The notes: generated by a model not told the origin, from the sequence alone. 58,299 nucleotides of DNA from Candidatus Eiseniibacteriota bacterium (GCA_035631115.1 DASQJJ010000051.1:1-58299); one strand, 5' to 3'. Shown: positions 1 to 9,871, numbered from the stretch's first letter. Translations and numbers: made by a program.

Positions 1-305
1 ACGAGAGAAATTTGTTTTAGGTAGCTTGGTACCCTTTCCCAAGGATCGTATTCCAATACTTCCACAAAGCCTGAGGTTGGATAAAGAAGGCCAGAAAGCG
101 TTTTAAGGGTCGTTGTTTTACCTGCACCATTTGGTCCAATAAATCCAATCAACTCGCCTTCTTCTATAGAAAATGAAATATCGTCTACTGCTCGCACTTT
201 CTCATATTTTCGAGAGATTAGAGATTTAACAGATCCTAAAAATCCCGGCTCTTTTTTATACACCGAGTATTCTTTTACAAGATGCTCAACGTTGATAATA
301 CTCAT
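1..305 (-). CDS. ABC transporter ATP-binding protein, N-terminal part (gene runs off window start)
   Basis: Own translation of minus strand from ATG at 305: [13 protein letters not shown]...[18 protein letters not shown] (Walker A). Frame stays open to position 1. Not on ORF track because it is truncated. Confidence 0.8.
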   Translation of the reverse strand, partial: MSIINVEHLVKEYSVYKKEPGFLGSVKSLISRKYEKVRAVDDISFSIEEGELIGFIGPNGAGKTTTLKTLSGLLYPTSGFVEVLEYDPWERVPSYLKQISL

Positions 306-324
306 AGCTTTCAGATATCAGCTT

Positions 325-696
325 CTAGCTTCCATTTTCCCTCATTTTCGTTTTCATAAAATTCAACATTCGCGCCACTTCCTGTAAAACAGCGTCTACC
401 TTTATATAGTCTTTCATCTGTGCAAACTTTAACTCTTTTGCAATGATTACTTGAGTTTCTAGTTCTAACGCTGATCCATAAGCAATTGAATAGAACTGTG
501 CATAATCCTTTAATGATTTTCTTCCAGAACCTTCTGCAATATTAGACGGAATAGATATCGCAGCTCGTCTCATCTGTGAAGTTAATCCATATATTTCTTC
601 TCTAGGAAATTTACTTGTTAAAATGTAAATTTCTTTTACTAGGTCTATGCCTTTCTGCCAAACTATTAGTTCTTTATAAGATTTTATGTAGGTCAT
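325..696 (-). CDS. four-helix-bundle protein (23S rRNA intervening-sequence protein family)
   Basis: YKELIVWQKGIDLVKEIY...RRAAISIPSNIAEGSGR...ALELETQ is typical of this family. Start trimmed to ATG 696 (MTYIKSYKEL) because the track extension to 762 reads through a heptad stop-array spacer. Confidence 0.75.
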   Translation of the reverse strand: MTYIKSYKELIVWQKGIDLVKEIYILTSKFPREEIYGLTSQMRRAAISIPSNIAEGSGRKSLKDYAQFYSIAYGSALELETQVIIAKELKFAQMKDYIKVDAVLQEVARMLNFMKTKMRENGS

Positions 697-807
697 AACT
701 AAGAGCTGATAGCTGACAACTGGTAGCTGTTCTATCGTAGCAAAAAGAGAGGCTCCATACAAACAAATTTGTAAAAAACCTCTCTTGCCTATTCAAGAAA
801 GCAATTA

Positions 808-1080
808 TTATCGCACTGCCTTTTTGAGTGTTTTTCCTGGAGTAAATCCTGGTGCTTTTCTAGCTGCAATGGTCAACTTTGCACCTGTCTTTGGATTTCT
901 TCCTGGTCGTGCTGCTCTTTTTCGTACACTAAATGTACCAAATCCTGTAAGAACAACTTTTTCTCCTCTTTTCAGAGAATCTCGTACTGCATTGAGTACT
1001 GCCTGAACACTTTCTCGTGCTGCCTTATTGGTAAGGTTGGCTTTCTTAGCAACGAGCTCTATTAAATCTCTTTTTGTCAT
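808..1080 (-). CDS. hup: HU-type DNA-binding protein
   Basis: MTKRDLIELVAKK...GFGTFSVRKRAARPGRNPKTG. GGAGGTG lies just upstream of ATG 1080. The track start at 1131 was rejected. Confidence 0.85.
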   Translation of the reverse strand: MTKRDLIELVAKKANLTNKAARESVQAVLNAVRDSLKRGEKVVLTGFGTFSVRKRAARPGRNPKTGAKLTIAARKAPGFTPGKTLKKAVR

Positions 1081-1228
1081 GTCTATTTCACCTCCTATCC
1101 GGGCAGAATGAAGATTAGGTCTACAATACAACGCAAGTGAAATTTCGTCAATGGAGCGTACTGTATCAATTTGTTTGTTAATGTTTTATTGTTAAGCTAA
1201 ATTAAATCAGGTATACTTTTTATACGCT

Positions 1229-1933
1229 ATGAATCAATATGTTGTTGGCCATAGGGGTGCTGCAGGACTTGCTCCAGAAAATACAATTAAAGCTTTTAAG
1301 ATAGGCTGCGAGAATAATGCTGACGTAGTAGAATGCGATATTCATCTTACTAAGGACGGGAAGCTTGTTGTCTTTCACGATGGCACTTTGGATAGAACGA
1401 CAAATGGCAAAGGATGGGTAAAAGACTATACCTTTGCTGAGTTACGAGAATTAAATGCTGGGGATGGAGAAAAAATACCAACACTTGAGGAAGTTATTGA
1501 GACAGTTATGGATTATAAGAAAAAACTTATTATCGAAATAAAAGCAGAGGATGAAATTATTGCGAAAAATCTAACCAACGCATTTTGCACTTTTCTTTCA
1601 GAGCATACCGAGATAATTCCCAATATTTACGTGCATTCTTTTTGGCATCATGTTGTAAAAGAAGTAAAGGAAAAATTTCCAGATGTATCAACATTTGTCC
1701 TCATGATGATTGGACTACCTCCTAAGGAAATGCTTCAATTTATTCTTGATGCAAAGGCAAACGGGGCATCCATAGAGCAGGATTATATTTCCCCAGAGTT
1801 GGTAAGGCTTGCCCATGAGAATAATCTAGAACTTAATGCTTGGCTACTTAATAATGAGAATGAATTTAAGAGAATGAAGGATTTAGGAGTGGATGGGTTA
1901 ATTACTAATTTCCCCGATAGATTTCACTTATAA
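1229..1933 (+). CDS. glycerophosphodiester phosphodiesterase family protein
   Basis: GHRGAAGLAPENTIKAF...ECDIHLTKDGKLVVFHDGTLDRTTNGKG are GDPD-family motifs. Confidence 0.75.
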   Translation: MNQYVVGHRGAAGLAPENTIKAFKIGCENNADVVECDIHLTKDGKLVVFHDGTLDRTTNGKGWVKDYTFAELRELNAGDGEKIPTLEEVIETVMDYKKKLIIEIKAEDEIIAKNLTNAFCTFLSEHTEIIPNIYVHSFWHHVVKEVKEKFPDVSTFVLMMIGLPPKEMLQFILDAKANGASIEQDYISPELVRLAHENNLELNAWLLNNENEFKRMKDLGVDGLITNFPDRFHL

Positions 1934-3163
1934 ATTTTCTCCAACAACTGCGCGGAATTCTCGAATTGCAGTAACTTTTACTTCTCCAGGAATTGCAAGA
2001 GATGCACTTATTTCATCCCGTAATTTTTTGGCAATAATAATTGTCTGAGCATCATCTAATTTTCCAGGATTTATAATAACACGTAATTCTCTCCCTGCTT
2101 CAAATGCATAGGCATCTTCTACGCCTTCATACTTTTTCGCCATATCTTCCATTTCCTTCAGTCTATTGGCATATTTTTCTACATCTTCATACCGTGCTCC
2201 TGGTCTACCACCACTTGCTTGGTCTGCAATATGTACAATGACTGATTCAACACTAGTAAATGGTTTATCCTCGTGGTGCTGTGCAACAGTATCAATGATG
2301 GCATCTGGAAGACCAAATCTTTTTAATACTTCTACGCCCAACTTTACATGACTTCCTTCTCCTTCTACAACTTTTCCAATATCATGGAGAAGTCCTCCAA
2401 GTCGTACTACATCGGCATCTGCACCGATTTCTTGTGCAATGCCAACGGCAATTTTACTTACTTCTAGAGAATGGGTAATAAGATTTTGTCCATATGATGT
2501 ACGGAACTTAAATCTTCCAAGCATTTTAATAAGGTCTACTGGCAACTTAAATACTCCTGCCTCATGAGCCAACTGCTCACCTTCCTGAAACATAATTTTA
2601 TCCAACTCTGCTTTTGTCTGATTAACAACTTCTTCAATTCTAAAAGGTTGAATGCGGGTATCCTTAAGAAGTACCTCGAGTGCACGTCTGGCAATTTCGC
2701 GGCGTACACTATCGAAAGATGAGAGACGAATAATTCCTTCTTCGTCCAAATCGATATCTACTCCTGTTGCGCTTTCGAATGCACGAATGTTGCGTCCTTC
2801 TTTTCCAATAATTCTTCCCTTAACATCTTCACTTTCTACACGAATAATAGAAACAGTAAATTCTGCAACATAATTAATTGCACCGTGCCGCATTGCCTCT
2901 ACAATTACTTCTTGTGCTTTTTTGTCTGCAGTCCTCTTTGCTTCTTCTTCTCTTTCGCGGATAAGTTTGGCAACACTTGATGCCTCGGATTTTTCTGTCT
3001 CATCAAGAAGCGCTTTCTTTGCTTCTTCCTCTGTCATGTGGGAGAGTTTTTGGAGCTTGTCTCTATATTCTTCTTTTTGCTTGTCTAAGCTTTCTTTTAA
3101 CTCGTCTAATTTTTCCTGTTTTTCAAGGAGTTTTTTTTCTAAATCTAATGCGTCTGATACCAT
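1928..3163 (-). CDS. rny: ribonuclease Y (short form, no N-terminal membrane anchor)
   Basis: Coiled-coil N-terminus, KH domain (GRIIGKEGRNIRAFE) and HD domain (LLHDIGK...AQHHED). An in-frame stop lies just upstream of 3163. Confidence 0.85.
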   Translation of the reverse strand: MVSDALDLEKKLLEKQEKLDELKESLDKQKEEYRDKLQKLSHMTEEEAKKALLDETEKSEASSVAKLIREREEEAKRTADKKAQEVIVEAMRHGAINYVAEFTVSIIRVESEDVKGRIIGKEGRNIRAFESATGVDIDLDEEGIIRLSSFDSVRREIARRALEVLLKDTRIQPFRIEEVVNQTKAELDKIMFQEGEQLAHEAGVFKLPVDLIKMLGRFKFRTSYGQNLITHSLEVSKIAVGIAQEIGADADVVRLGGLLHDIGKVVEGEGSHVKLGVEVLKRFGLPDAIIDTVAQHHEDKPFTSVESVIVHIADQASGGRPGARYEDVEKYANRLKEMEDMAKKYEGVEDAYAFEAGRELRVIINPGKLDDAQTIIIAKKLRDEISASLAIPGEVKVTAIREFRAVVGENL

Positions 3164-3254
3164 ATATGTGAAGACAATAGAGGGATTGGAGACTTATAGC
3201 TCCACTGCGATGCTCTTTACTTGAAAAGCACAACTCTTCATATTGTCCCCTGTA

Positions 3255-3791
3255 TTATACCATTTTCCCGAAAACCTGGTCAATTGCCCATTTAATATCG
3301 TCTAAGTCAAATCCACGCCTAGCAAGCATGGAGCCTGCTTTATTAAACCGCTCTTGCCTATCCATACTCTCATATTTTTTCTTTCTTTTCTCTAAAATCT
3401 CTTTTGCCAGTACCTTGTCATCCCGCGATTCGCCCGAGTGAGTCTTCTGATCTTCGTCAAAGGACAACAAGGCCTCATCGATAAGATCCTTACTAATACC
3501 TTTCTGTTTAAGCTCTAAGCGGATAAGTCTTTCTCCTTTTGGCTTAAACTCCGTACGAGAGCGTATCCACATTTTTGCAAATTCCAAATCATTCAGAAAT
3601 CTCTGCTTTTTGAGCTTATGAATAATAAGATCTGCCACATTGTCATCCTGAGTGGAACGAAGGATATATTCTTCGCTGCGTTCAGAATGACGGGAAAGAA
3701 TCTTTTTCAGATAATCCCGTATTTCCTTCTCGCTTCTTGGGCGGAAATTAAGGTATTTTAAAACGCGAAGATACAATGCATCAAAATCCAT
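3255..3791 (-). CDS. recX: RecX-like regulatory protein carrying an in-frame hairpin-repeat insertion
   Basis: YLNFRPRSEKEIRDYLKK...FLNDLEFAKMWIRSR...LKQKGISKDLIDEAL matches the RecX helical-repeat pattern. TATAGT lies 6 nt upstream of the ATG. Confidence 0.65.
   Translation of the reverse strand: MDFDALYLRVLKYLNFRPRSEKEIRDYLKKILSRHSERSEEYILRSTQDDNVADLIIHKLKKQRFLNDLEFAKMWIRSRTEFKPKGERLIRLELKQKGISKDLIDEALLSFDEDQKTHSGESRDDKVLAKEILEKRKKKYESMDRQERFNKAGSMLARRGFDLDDIKWAIDQVFGKMV
3642..3691. repeat. 50-nt near-palindromic element GTCATYCTGA...TCAGRATGAC, copy inside recX
   Basis: 43/50 identical to 32939..32988. The two halves are inverted repeats. It is translated in frame as ILSRHSERSEEYILRSTQDD. 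Confidence 0.7.
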
Positions 3792-3868
3792 AGGAATACT
3801 ATAGAATATCCAATGTCAAATATCCAATATCCAATGTTAAATAATTATTTGCCGTGTATAATGTGAAT

Positions 3869-4489
3869 ATGAAATTGTTTTTGTCTTCTTACCGTTTGGG
3901 AAATAATCCAGAGAAATTAGCAGAGTTTTTTGGAGAGAATAAAAAAGTAGCGGTTATTGTAAATGCAGTAGATTTTGAAACACCAGAAATACGAAAAGAA
4001 AAGTTGGATAGAGAGCTTGTTGATTTACACACATTAGGACTACAACCTGAGGAAATAGATTTACGGGAATATTTTGGAAAAGAAAGTACGCTAAGAGAAA
4101 AATTGCAGGAATTTGGAGGAGTATGGGTACGAGGAGGTAATTGTTTTATATTAAGACGCGCAATGGAGTACAGTAGATTTGATAAAATTTTGAATGAGTT
4201 ACAACACAATAAAGATTTTGTCTATGCAGGCTACAGTGCAGGGGCTTGTATACTTTCTCCTAATATGAAAAGCTTGGATGCAATGGATAACCCAAATATT
4301 ATTCCAGAAGGATATAAGAAAGAAATTATTTGGGAAGGCTTGAATCTTTTACCTTATCTTCTTATTCCACATTACCAATCTGTTCATCCAGAAGCCCAGG
4401 GAGCGGAAGTATCTGTACAATATGCAAAAGAAAATAACATTCCTTACAAAACGCTTAAAGATGGGGATGTGATAATTGAGGAAATTTAA
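3869..4489 (+). CDS. peptidase S51 (dipeptidase E-like) family protein
   Basis: KVAVIVNA...VWVRGGNCFIL...YAGYSAGACIL shows S51-type GGN and SAG motifs. ATG 3869 is preferred over GTG 3854, and TATAAT lies 6 nt upstream. Confidence 0.6.
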   Translation: MKLFLSSYRLGNNPEKLAEFFGENKKVAVIVNAVDFETPEIRKEKLDRELVDLHTLGLQPEEIDLREYFGKESTLREKLQEFGGVWVRGGNCFILRRAMEYSRFDKILNELQHNKDFVYAGYSAGACILSPNMKSLDAMDNPNIIPEGYKKEIIWEGLNLLPYLLIPHYQSVHPEAQGAEVSVQYAKENNIPYKTLKDGDVIIEEI

Positions 4490-4499
4490 AATTTGATTA

Positions 4500-4766
4500 T
4501 CAATATCTGTCGGGACGACCTTCAGCTCTTGGTTTTTGAACTAAAACTCTATCTCCACTCGCATCAGGAATATATAGGACTCCACCCTCTGCAGTTTCCA
4601 CTCTTACTCTATATCCATCGGGATGCTCTCCTCTTTTCCTTTTTCTGTATGTTACATGATCTCCATTTGCTAATCCTATGGAAAAGCCTGGTTTTCCGGG
4701 TTCAAGAATTAATTCACCATCTGTTTCTGTTATATATGCAGGTAGCGATCTTGATCTTCTTGCCAT
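4500..4766 (-). CDS. hypothetical 88-aa basic protein directly coupled to recA
   Basis: ATG 4766 lies 2 nt after the recA stop (4769..4771). The protein is Arg/Gly/Pro-rich with no motif I recognise. Confidence 0.5.
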   Translation of the reverse strand: MARRSRSLPAYITETDGELILEPGKPGFSIGLANGDHVTYRKRKRGEHPDGYRVRVETAEGGVLYIPDASGDRVLVQKPRAEGRPDRY

Positions 4767-4768
4767 AT

Positions 4769-5866
4769 TTAAACAACAGCTGGTTCTAGGACTTCTTCTC
4801 CATTGTCTTCTTTTCCAACTTCCATTGGGGTGCGGGTTTGGGATTTTTCTTTAATTTGCTTTACAATTTCTGCTTCTAACTTTTTATCTTCTTTGAGTGT
4901 CTCCATTGCAGCTGCTCTTCCTTGTCCAAGCATTTGCTCGCCATATCTCAGAAATGCTCCAGACTTGGAAATAATTCCCAATTCTATTCCTACATCCAAA
5001 ATTCCACCTTCTCTGGAAATACCATCTCCAGACACTTCGAATTCTGCAATTCTAAACGGCGTACTTACTTTATTTTTAACAATCTTTACTCTGTGTCTGC
5101 TACCTACCACTCTGTCTCCATCTTTAATGGTCTCAATTTTTCGTACATCCATTCGGACAGATGCATAGAATTTAAGAGCAAGTCCTCCTGTTGTTGTTTC
5201 GGGATTACCAAACATTACACCAATTTTTTGTCGCAACTGATTGGTAAAAATTAAGACAGTTTTGGACTTAGAAATAACTGCTGTTAATTTTCGAAGAGCT
5301 TGGGACATAAGACGAGCCTGAAGTCCCATCATTGAGTCTCCCATTTCTCCTTCTATTTCAGCCCTAGGAACAAGTGCTGCAACAGAATCTATTACCAACA
5401 CATCTACTCCACCACTTCGAATAAGACTTTCTGCAATTTCTAATGCTTGCTCTCCTGTGTCTGGTTGTGAAATAAGCAACTCATCTAATTTAACGCCAAC
5501 TTTTTCTGCCCATATTGGATCGAGTGCATGCTCTGCATCGATAAATGCAGCAACACCACCATGTTTTTGTGCTTGTGCAATAACAGACAAAGAAATAGTT
5601 GTTTTACCAGATGCTTCTGGTCCATAAATTTCGACAATTCTTCCTCTTGGCAATCCACCAACTCCGAGTGCTATGTCTAAGGGAAGCGATCCTGTGGAAA
5701 TAACGGAGATATCTAATTTACCAGCTGCTTCTCCAAAGCGCATAATAGACCCACGTCCATATTGCTTTTCGATAGCATCCATTGCCATGCGGACTGCATC
5801 CATTTTATGTGCTTGGTCTGCATCTGCAGCTGCTTCTATTTTTTTGGGTGTTCCATTTTTCGCCAT
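4769..5866 (-). CDS. recA: recombinase RecA
   Basis: [12 protein letters not shown] (Walker A), [10 protein letters not shown] and [22 protein letters not shown]. Confidence 0.95.
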   Translation of the reverse strand: MAKNGTPKKIEAAADADQAHKMDAVRMAMDAIEKQYGRGSIMRFGEAAGKLDISVISTGSLPLDIALGVGGLPRGRIVEIYGPEASGKTTISLSVIAQAQKHGGVAAFIDAEHALDPIWAEKVGVKLDELLISQPDTGEQALEIAESLIRSGGVDVLVIDSVAALVPRAEIEGEMGDSMMGLQARLMSQALRKLTAVISKSKTVLIFTNQLRQKIGVMFGNPETTTGGLALKFYASVRMDVRKIETIKDGDRVVGSRHRVKIVKNKVSTPFRIAEFEVSGDGISREGGILDVGIELGIISKSGAFLRYGEQMLGQGRAAAMETLKEDKKLEAEIVKQIKEKSQTRTPMEVGKEDNGEEVLEPAVV

Positions 5867-5956
5867 AATTGTGTACCTATAATAAGCAACTTTATGCTAA
5901 AATACAATATATCTTTCTATCTCAATAGTATCGTAAGAAAAGAGTAATAAAATTTC

Positions 5957-6027
5957 CGGGGACTAGTTTAACGGTAGAATGCGCGGCTGGGGGTCGTGCG
6001 GCTGGGGTTCGACTCCCCGGTCCCCGA
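5957..6027 (+). tRNA. tRNA-Pro (anticodon GGG)
   Basis: Hand-drawn cloverleaf. Acceptor stem is CGGGGAC/GTCCCCG. Anticodon stem is CGCGG/TCGTG with two G-U pairs. Loop CTGGGGG puts GGG at 5989..5991. T arm is TGGGG-TTCGACT-CCCCG, the discriminator is A, and no CCA is encoded. Confidence 0.8.
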
Positions 6028-6277
6028 CTTATGGTAGAAAATTTAATTCATCAAGAACGAGAAATTAATAGAGACCTTGTAAGAAGAAAGAGCAACTCTT
6101 GTTGCCCATATGCAGCAAGCACATGGTGGGAGACGTGCAACAGCTTGCCATAATTGTATGCTTTATAGCGCAACTATAGAAGCAATAACATATCAACTTG
6201 CAAGGGTACGAAAAGAACTCAAAAAATATCAACAATAACAAAGTGTTCTCCAGGAAATATCAAAAAGAGGCGAATTT

Positions 6278-6493
6278 TTATAGTGGTCTTACCGTATCTT
6301 GGCCTGCTGGAATTGGTGTAATTCTGACACGTCTTTTCTGTGTACTACCACCAGGGACATGTCCAAAATCTTCCTCTAAATAATGTTGTCCCCCATCTCT
6401 TGTCATTATTGCTCTCAAAACAGGTGTTGTAGTGTTTGGCAATAATTCCCTTGATGGATCTGGTCGTACTGCTCCTTCAAATAAATCACTCAT
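6278..6493 (-). CDS. hypothetical small protein (71 aa)
   Basis: ORF track only. It lies 44 nt downstream of the surface-protein gene and is Arg/Pro/Gly-rich. Confidence 0.35.
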   Translation of the reverse strand: MSDLFEGAVRPDPSRELLPNTTTPVLRAIMTRDGGQHYLEEDFGHVPGGSTQKRRVRITPIPAGQDTVRPL

Positions 6494-6537
6494 TATTCCA
6501 GAATATATACCTGTTTTAAAAAAATTGCAAGAGATAA

Positions 6538-7974
6538 TTATTGGCAGGCAAATTGGATAGAGGGAGAAAGTGGGGAAAAAGTATTTCCATCGGTACTGTA
6601 TGCATACTGTGCATAATACGTTGCACCAGACGAGAAAATAAATGTTGTGGTAAGATTTTGTGCTGTTGTTGGATTTGAAGGACTCACTGTTGTATTAATT
6701 ACTTGATTATTCTGACTTGCCAATGTTGCAACAATATTAAATGACTTAGCATTAGGTAAATTCCCTTGTGTGTTGTAATTAATTGTTGCTTGGAAATTAC
6801 CATTTTGCTGTGCTCCACAACTTACATTAATGGTGCTACTGCTTGGCGCCTGGAGCGGTTGCTGTGCATTAATGGTAAGTGAATCGAATGTAGATGGAGC
6901 AGTAACAGTAATTATATTCGATGCAGCATACGGCTTACTGTTGGACCATAAATATGCTTGCACATCGTACTGTTGTCCACTAGACGCAGCGTTCCAAGAA
7001 AATCCTACGCCATTGGTCGCATTAATATTACTTGCAACTTGATTGAATGTTGTTGTCCCGCTAACTCTTGTGGCAAGAGTTATGTAACTACTTGGAGGAA
7101 TATTTCCATTAATAGTAATTATCCCGGAAATTCCTGTAACAGTTGGTGTAGGAGGCTTAGCTGTAGAATAGACATTGAGTAACTCATTACTCGTTGGTGC
7201 TGTTGCTGTATCAACATCTCCCGTAGAAATAACAGTATTATTTGCATCAACAAGTTGTGCTTTTATAAGATATGTTGTCCCAGACGTTGCATTTGCCCAA
7301 CTCCATGCCGCATTGTCTGAGGGCACAATTCCCTTTGCAACTTGTTGGTAGGACGCTGCATCTACTGTTTTGGTCCATACTTGCAGTGTCGAGCCACTTG
7401 GTGCATATCCATCAAGATTTATTTGCCCACCAATGCTTGTTGTTACTGGCGTTGGCGGCACTTGTTGACTACTCATATTCAAAACAACTCCTGTTGCCGG
7501 TGCAGAAACATCAACTATTGGGGATTCTTGAAGTGTTTTGCCTTGTACTTTGAGAAGTGCTTTTATAAGATAATTTTGCCCACTGGTTGCATCTGTCCAA
7601 TTCCAATTAATAGATCCATCAATTGGCGTAAGTCCAGTAACAACTTCTTTATACTGCTGGGTCCCTTCTGTTTCATTTTTTTCTGCCAAAGAAATATAAG
7701 CGCCTTCTGGAATATATCCTTCAAAAGAGACAACACCATTCATACTTACTGCCTGTCTTTGGGTACCAGTAACAACTGGCGTAGTGCTGGAAGAAGGACT
7801 TTTTACAAAAAGGAAAATACCAAGCGTTGCAAGCACCACAACAACAGCAATAGACAAGACCATGAGTAATGGCTTAACCCAAGGACTAGGTACCGCAGGT
7901 TGTTCACTGGGTGGCTGCTGGACAGTAACTTCCAAAGAAGGTGGTACTTGTTGATTTTGCTGGGTAGAGTCCAT
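6538..7974 (-). CDS. membrane-anchored surface protein with three tandem ~95-aa repeats
   Basis: Start set at ATG 7974 (MDSTQQNQQ). TM segment is LLMVLSIAVVVVLATLGIFLFV. Three repeats share G-x-[IV]-x-x-x-G-x-x-P...SW/NW...TSG..Y.[IV][KQ]A. The C-terminal domain has two Cys. Confidence 0.75.
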   Translation of the reverse strand: MDSTQQNQQVPPSLEVTVQQPPSEQPAVPSPWVKPLLMVLSIAVVVVLATLGIFLFVKSPSSSTTPVVTGTQRQAVSMNGVVSFEGYIPEGAYISLAEKNETEGTQQYKEVVTGLTPIDGSINWNWTDATSGQNYLIKALLKVQGKTLQESPIVDVSAPATGVVLNMSSQQVPPTPVTTSIGGQINLDGYAPSGSTLQVWTKTVDAASYQQVAKGIVPSDNAAWSWANATSGTTYLIKAQLVDANNTVISTGDVDTATAPTSNELLNVYSTAKPPTPTVTGISGIITINGNIPPSSYITLATRVSGTTTFNQVASNINATNGVGFSWNAASSGQQYDVQAYLWSNSKPYAASNIITVTAPSTFDSLTINAQQPLQAPSSSTINVSCGAQQNGNFQATINYNTQGNLPNAKSFNIVATLASQNNQVINTTVSPSNPTTAQNLTTTFIFSSGATYYAQYAYSTDGNTFSPLSPSIQFACQ

Positions 7975-8026
7975 ACATAAATCATGGCAGGTGGAAATTG
8001 TTGAGTCAAGGTTATATACTAGGACT

Positions 8027-8656
8027 ATGAAAATATCCAAACATGTCCATTCCTGTCTTCTAGTTGAAGAGAAAGGAAAAATTGTACTAGTTGACCCAGG
8101 AAATTATTCCTATGATGCAAAAGCACTTGACATACCATCTCTTTCTTCTCTGGATGCCATTGCCATAACACACGAACATATGGACCATATATATCTTCCT
8201 TTTTTAAAAGAAATTCTTGCCAAATTTCCCAATACTCCCATTTATACAAATGAATCTGTTAAAAAACTTTTGGAAAAAGAAAATATAGAAAATGCTATGA
8301 CAGAAGGAAATGAGTACATCACTTTACACTCTGTACCTCATGAAAAAATTTGGTTTGGGACTCCTGTAGAAAATAGCATGATTACTCTTTTTAAAAAGTT
8401 TGCAACAGTTGGTGACTCACTAAGCTTTACCGAAAGTCCAGATATTTTAGCACTTCCTGTCACTGCTCCGTGGGGTAGTACAACAGCTGCAGTTGAAGTA
8501 GCTCTACAAGTAAAACCAAAAGTAATTTTTCCTATTCATGATTTTATGTGGAAGGATGATGTGCGAATGGGAATATATCAAAGACTCAAAGACTTTTTTG
8601 GACAACATGGAATTGACTTTAAAGCTGTCGAAACAGGAGAAGTAGTAGAAATATAA
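8027..8656 (+). CDS. MBL-fold metallo-hydrolase
   Basis: Contains the AITHEHMDH (HxHxDH) motif. ATG 8027 has TATACT 6 nt upstream. Confidence 0.7.
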   Translation: MKISKHVHSCLLVEEKGKIVLVDPGNYSYDAKALDIPSLSSLDAIAITHEHMDHIYLPFLKEILAKFPNTPIYTNESVKKLLEKENIENAMTEGNEYITLHSVPHEKIWFGTPVENSMITLFKKFATVGDSLSFTESPDILALPVTAPWGSTTAAVEVALQVKPKVIFPIHDFMWKDDVRMGIYQRLKDFFGQHGIDFKAVETGEVVEI

Positions 8657-8658
8657 GT

Positions 8659-9096
8659 ATGGATCAAAAAGTTATTAATTTTCTTACCAAGCACAGAGTT
8701 GGCGCACTTACCGTTGTTAATATTAATGGCACACCTCACGCTGCAGTAGTCCACTATGCCCATACAACAGATCCATTAAGAATATATATTCTTACAGAGA
8801 AAAGCTCTAAGAAAGCGCAAGGGCTTCTTCTTGGAGAGACACAAAGAGCGGCATTTGTTGTGGGATTTAGTGAGGAAGAATGGGTAACATTTCAGGCAGA
8901 GGGAAATATAAAAATGGTATTAGGAGAAAAAGCTCTTCAAGACGCTCAAGCAATCTATTACCTAAAATTTCCCAATGCCAAACATATAACTACCAATTCA
9001 AATCTTATTCTTCTGGAATTTACAACTACCTGGTGGCGTTATTCCAATCTTAATCCTTCACCATGGGAAGTTATTGCTTCGCATCAGGAGCAGTAG
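8659..9096 (+). CDS. pyridoxamine 5'-phosphate oxidase-like FMN-binding family protein
   Basis: N-terminus FLTKHRVGALTVVNINGTPHAAVVHY is typical of the split-barrel family. It starts 3 nt after the upstream stop. Confidence 0.55.
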   Translation: MDQKVINFLTKHRVGALTVVNINGTPHAAVVHYAHTTDPLRIYILTEKSSKKAQGLLLGETQRAAFVVGFSEEEWVTFQAEGNIKMVLGEKALQDAQAIYYLKFPNAKHITTNSNLILLEFTTTWWRYSNLNPSPWEVIASHQEQ

Positions 9097-9100
9097 CTGT

Positions 9101-9871
9101 CTAATAGCCTACAAAGTAAGTAACTTTTGCTTTTTTCTGTAAGTCTGCGACAAATGTTTGGGTTTTTTCCTGTAATTGTTGTTGCTCCAATTGAGTTTTT
9201 ATTTGTTTTCGTAAATCTTCTTCAGACAAATCTTGTGGAAGACTATCTTGGTTTTTATCGATGTACGCTTGCACATCATCATCGGTTACTTTTACCGATG
9301 CACCAACCATTTTATCAAGCATTTTTTGTAATTTTATTTGGTCTGTTAAATCCTTTTGTGTAAGACCACGAGCTGCGAGTGCATCTTGCAATGTTACTCC
9401 CTGTCCTTTTAGTTGGTCTTCAATTTTTTTAATTTCGCTATCTACATCTGCTTGACTTACACTAACTCCTCTTTTTTGTGCTTCTTGAAAAACAAGAGTC
9501 TGCACAACTAAATTACCAAGAGTCTGTTTACCATTTTGTTTTTCTAATTGATTTACTACCTCTAGTCTACTAATAGGTTGTCCATTAACAACTGCTGCCA
9601 CAAATAATCCTTTGCATGCATATACCAATACTGCCAATACAACAACTGTTACACCAACCCATAATCGTGGATTTTTAAGGTATGTCTGTTGCACAGTTGC
9701 GGTTGTTGATGGTGTTGATGAAGAATTTTTTTGTGATGCTCTACTACTTTGTGTTTTTCTTGCTAGAGCTGGACGCGTCGATCGTGATGGTGTTGTGCGT
9801 GCTGCTAATACAACTGGAGTTTTTCGTGATGCGAGTTTTCTTATTGAAGTTGCCTTCTTTCGTTCTGCCAT
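9101..9871 (-). CDS. SurA N-terminal-domain (chaperone/PPIase-associated) membrane protein
   Basis: Basic S/T/R-rich N-terminus, one TM, then VNGQPISRLEVVNQLEKQNGKQTLGNLV...VTDDDVQAYIDKN, which is SurA_N-like. Confidence 0.6.
   Translation of the reverse strand: MAERKKATSIRKLASRKTPVVLAARTTPSRSTRPALARKTQSSRASQKNSSSTPSTTATVQQTYLKNPRLWVGVTVVVLAVLVYACKGLFVAAVVNGQPISRLEVVNQLEKQNGKQTLGNLVVQTLVFQEAQKRGVSVSQADVDSEIKKIEDQLKGQGVTLQDALAARGLTQKDLTDQIKLQKMLDKMVGASVKVTDDDVQAYIDKNQDSLPQDLSEEDLRKQIKTQLEQQQLQEKTQTFVADLQKKAKVTYFVGY

Noticed and set aside
5867-5956. SOS/LexA-type operator upstream of recA
   Set aside because: I found no CGAAC-N4-GTTCG or CTGT-N8-ACAG palindrome, only a weak TTGTAT-N17-TATTAT promoter-like match.
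6031-6238. Two overlapping small Cys-containing ORFs after tRNA-Pro (40 aa at 6031..6153 and 42 aa at 6110..6238)
   Set aside because: They are in different frames, with no SD or -10 box at the right spacing and no recognisable motif. Evidence is too weak to call either, so the question is left open rather than disproved.
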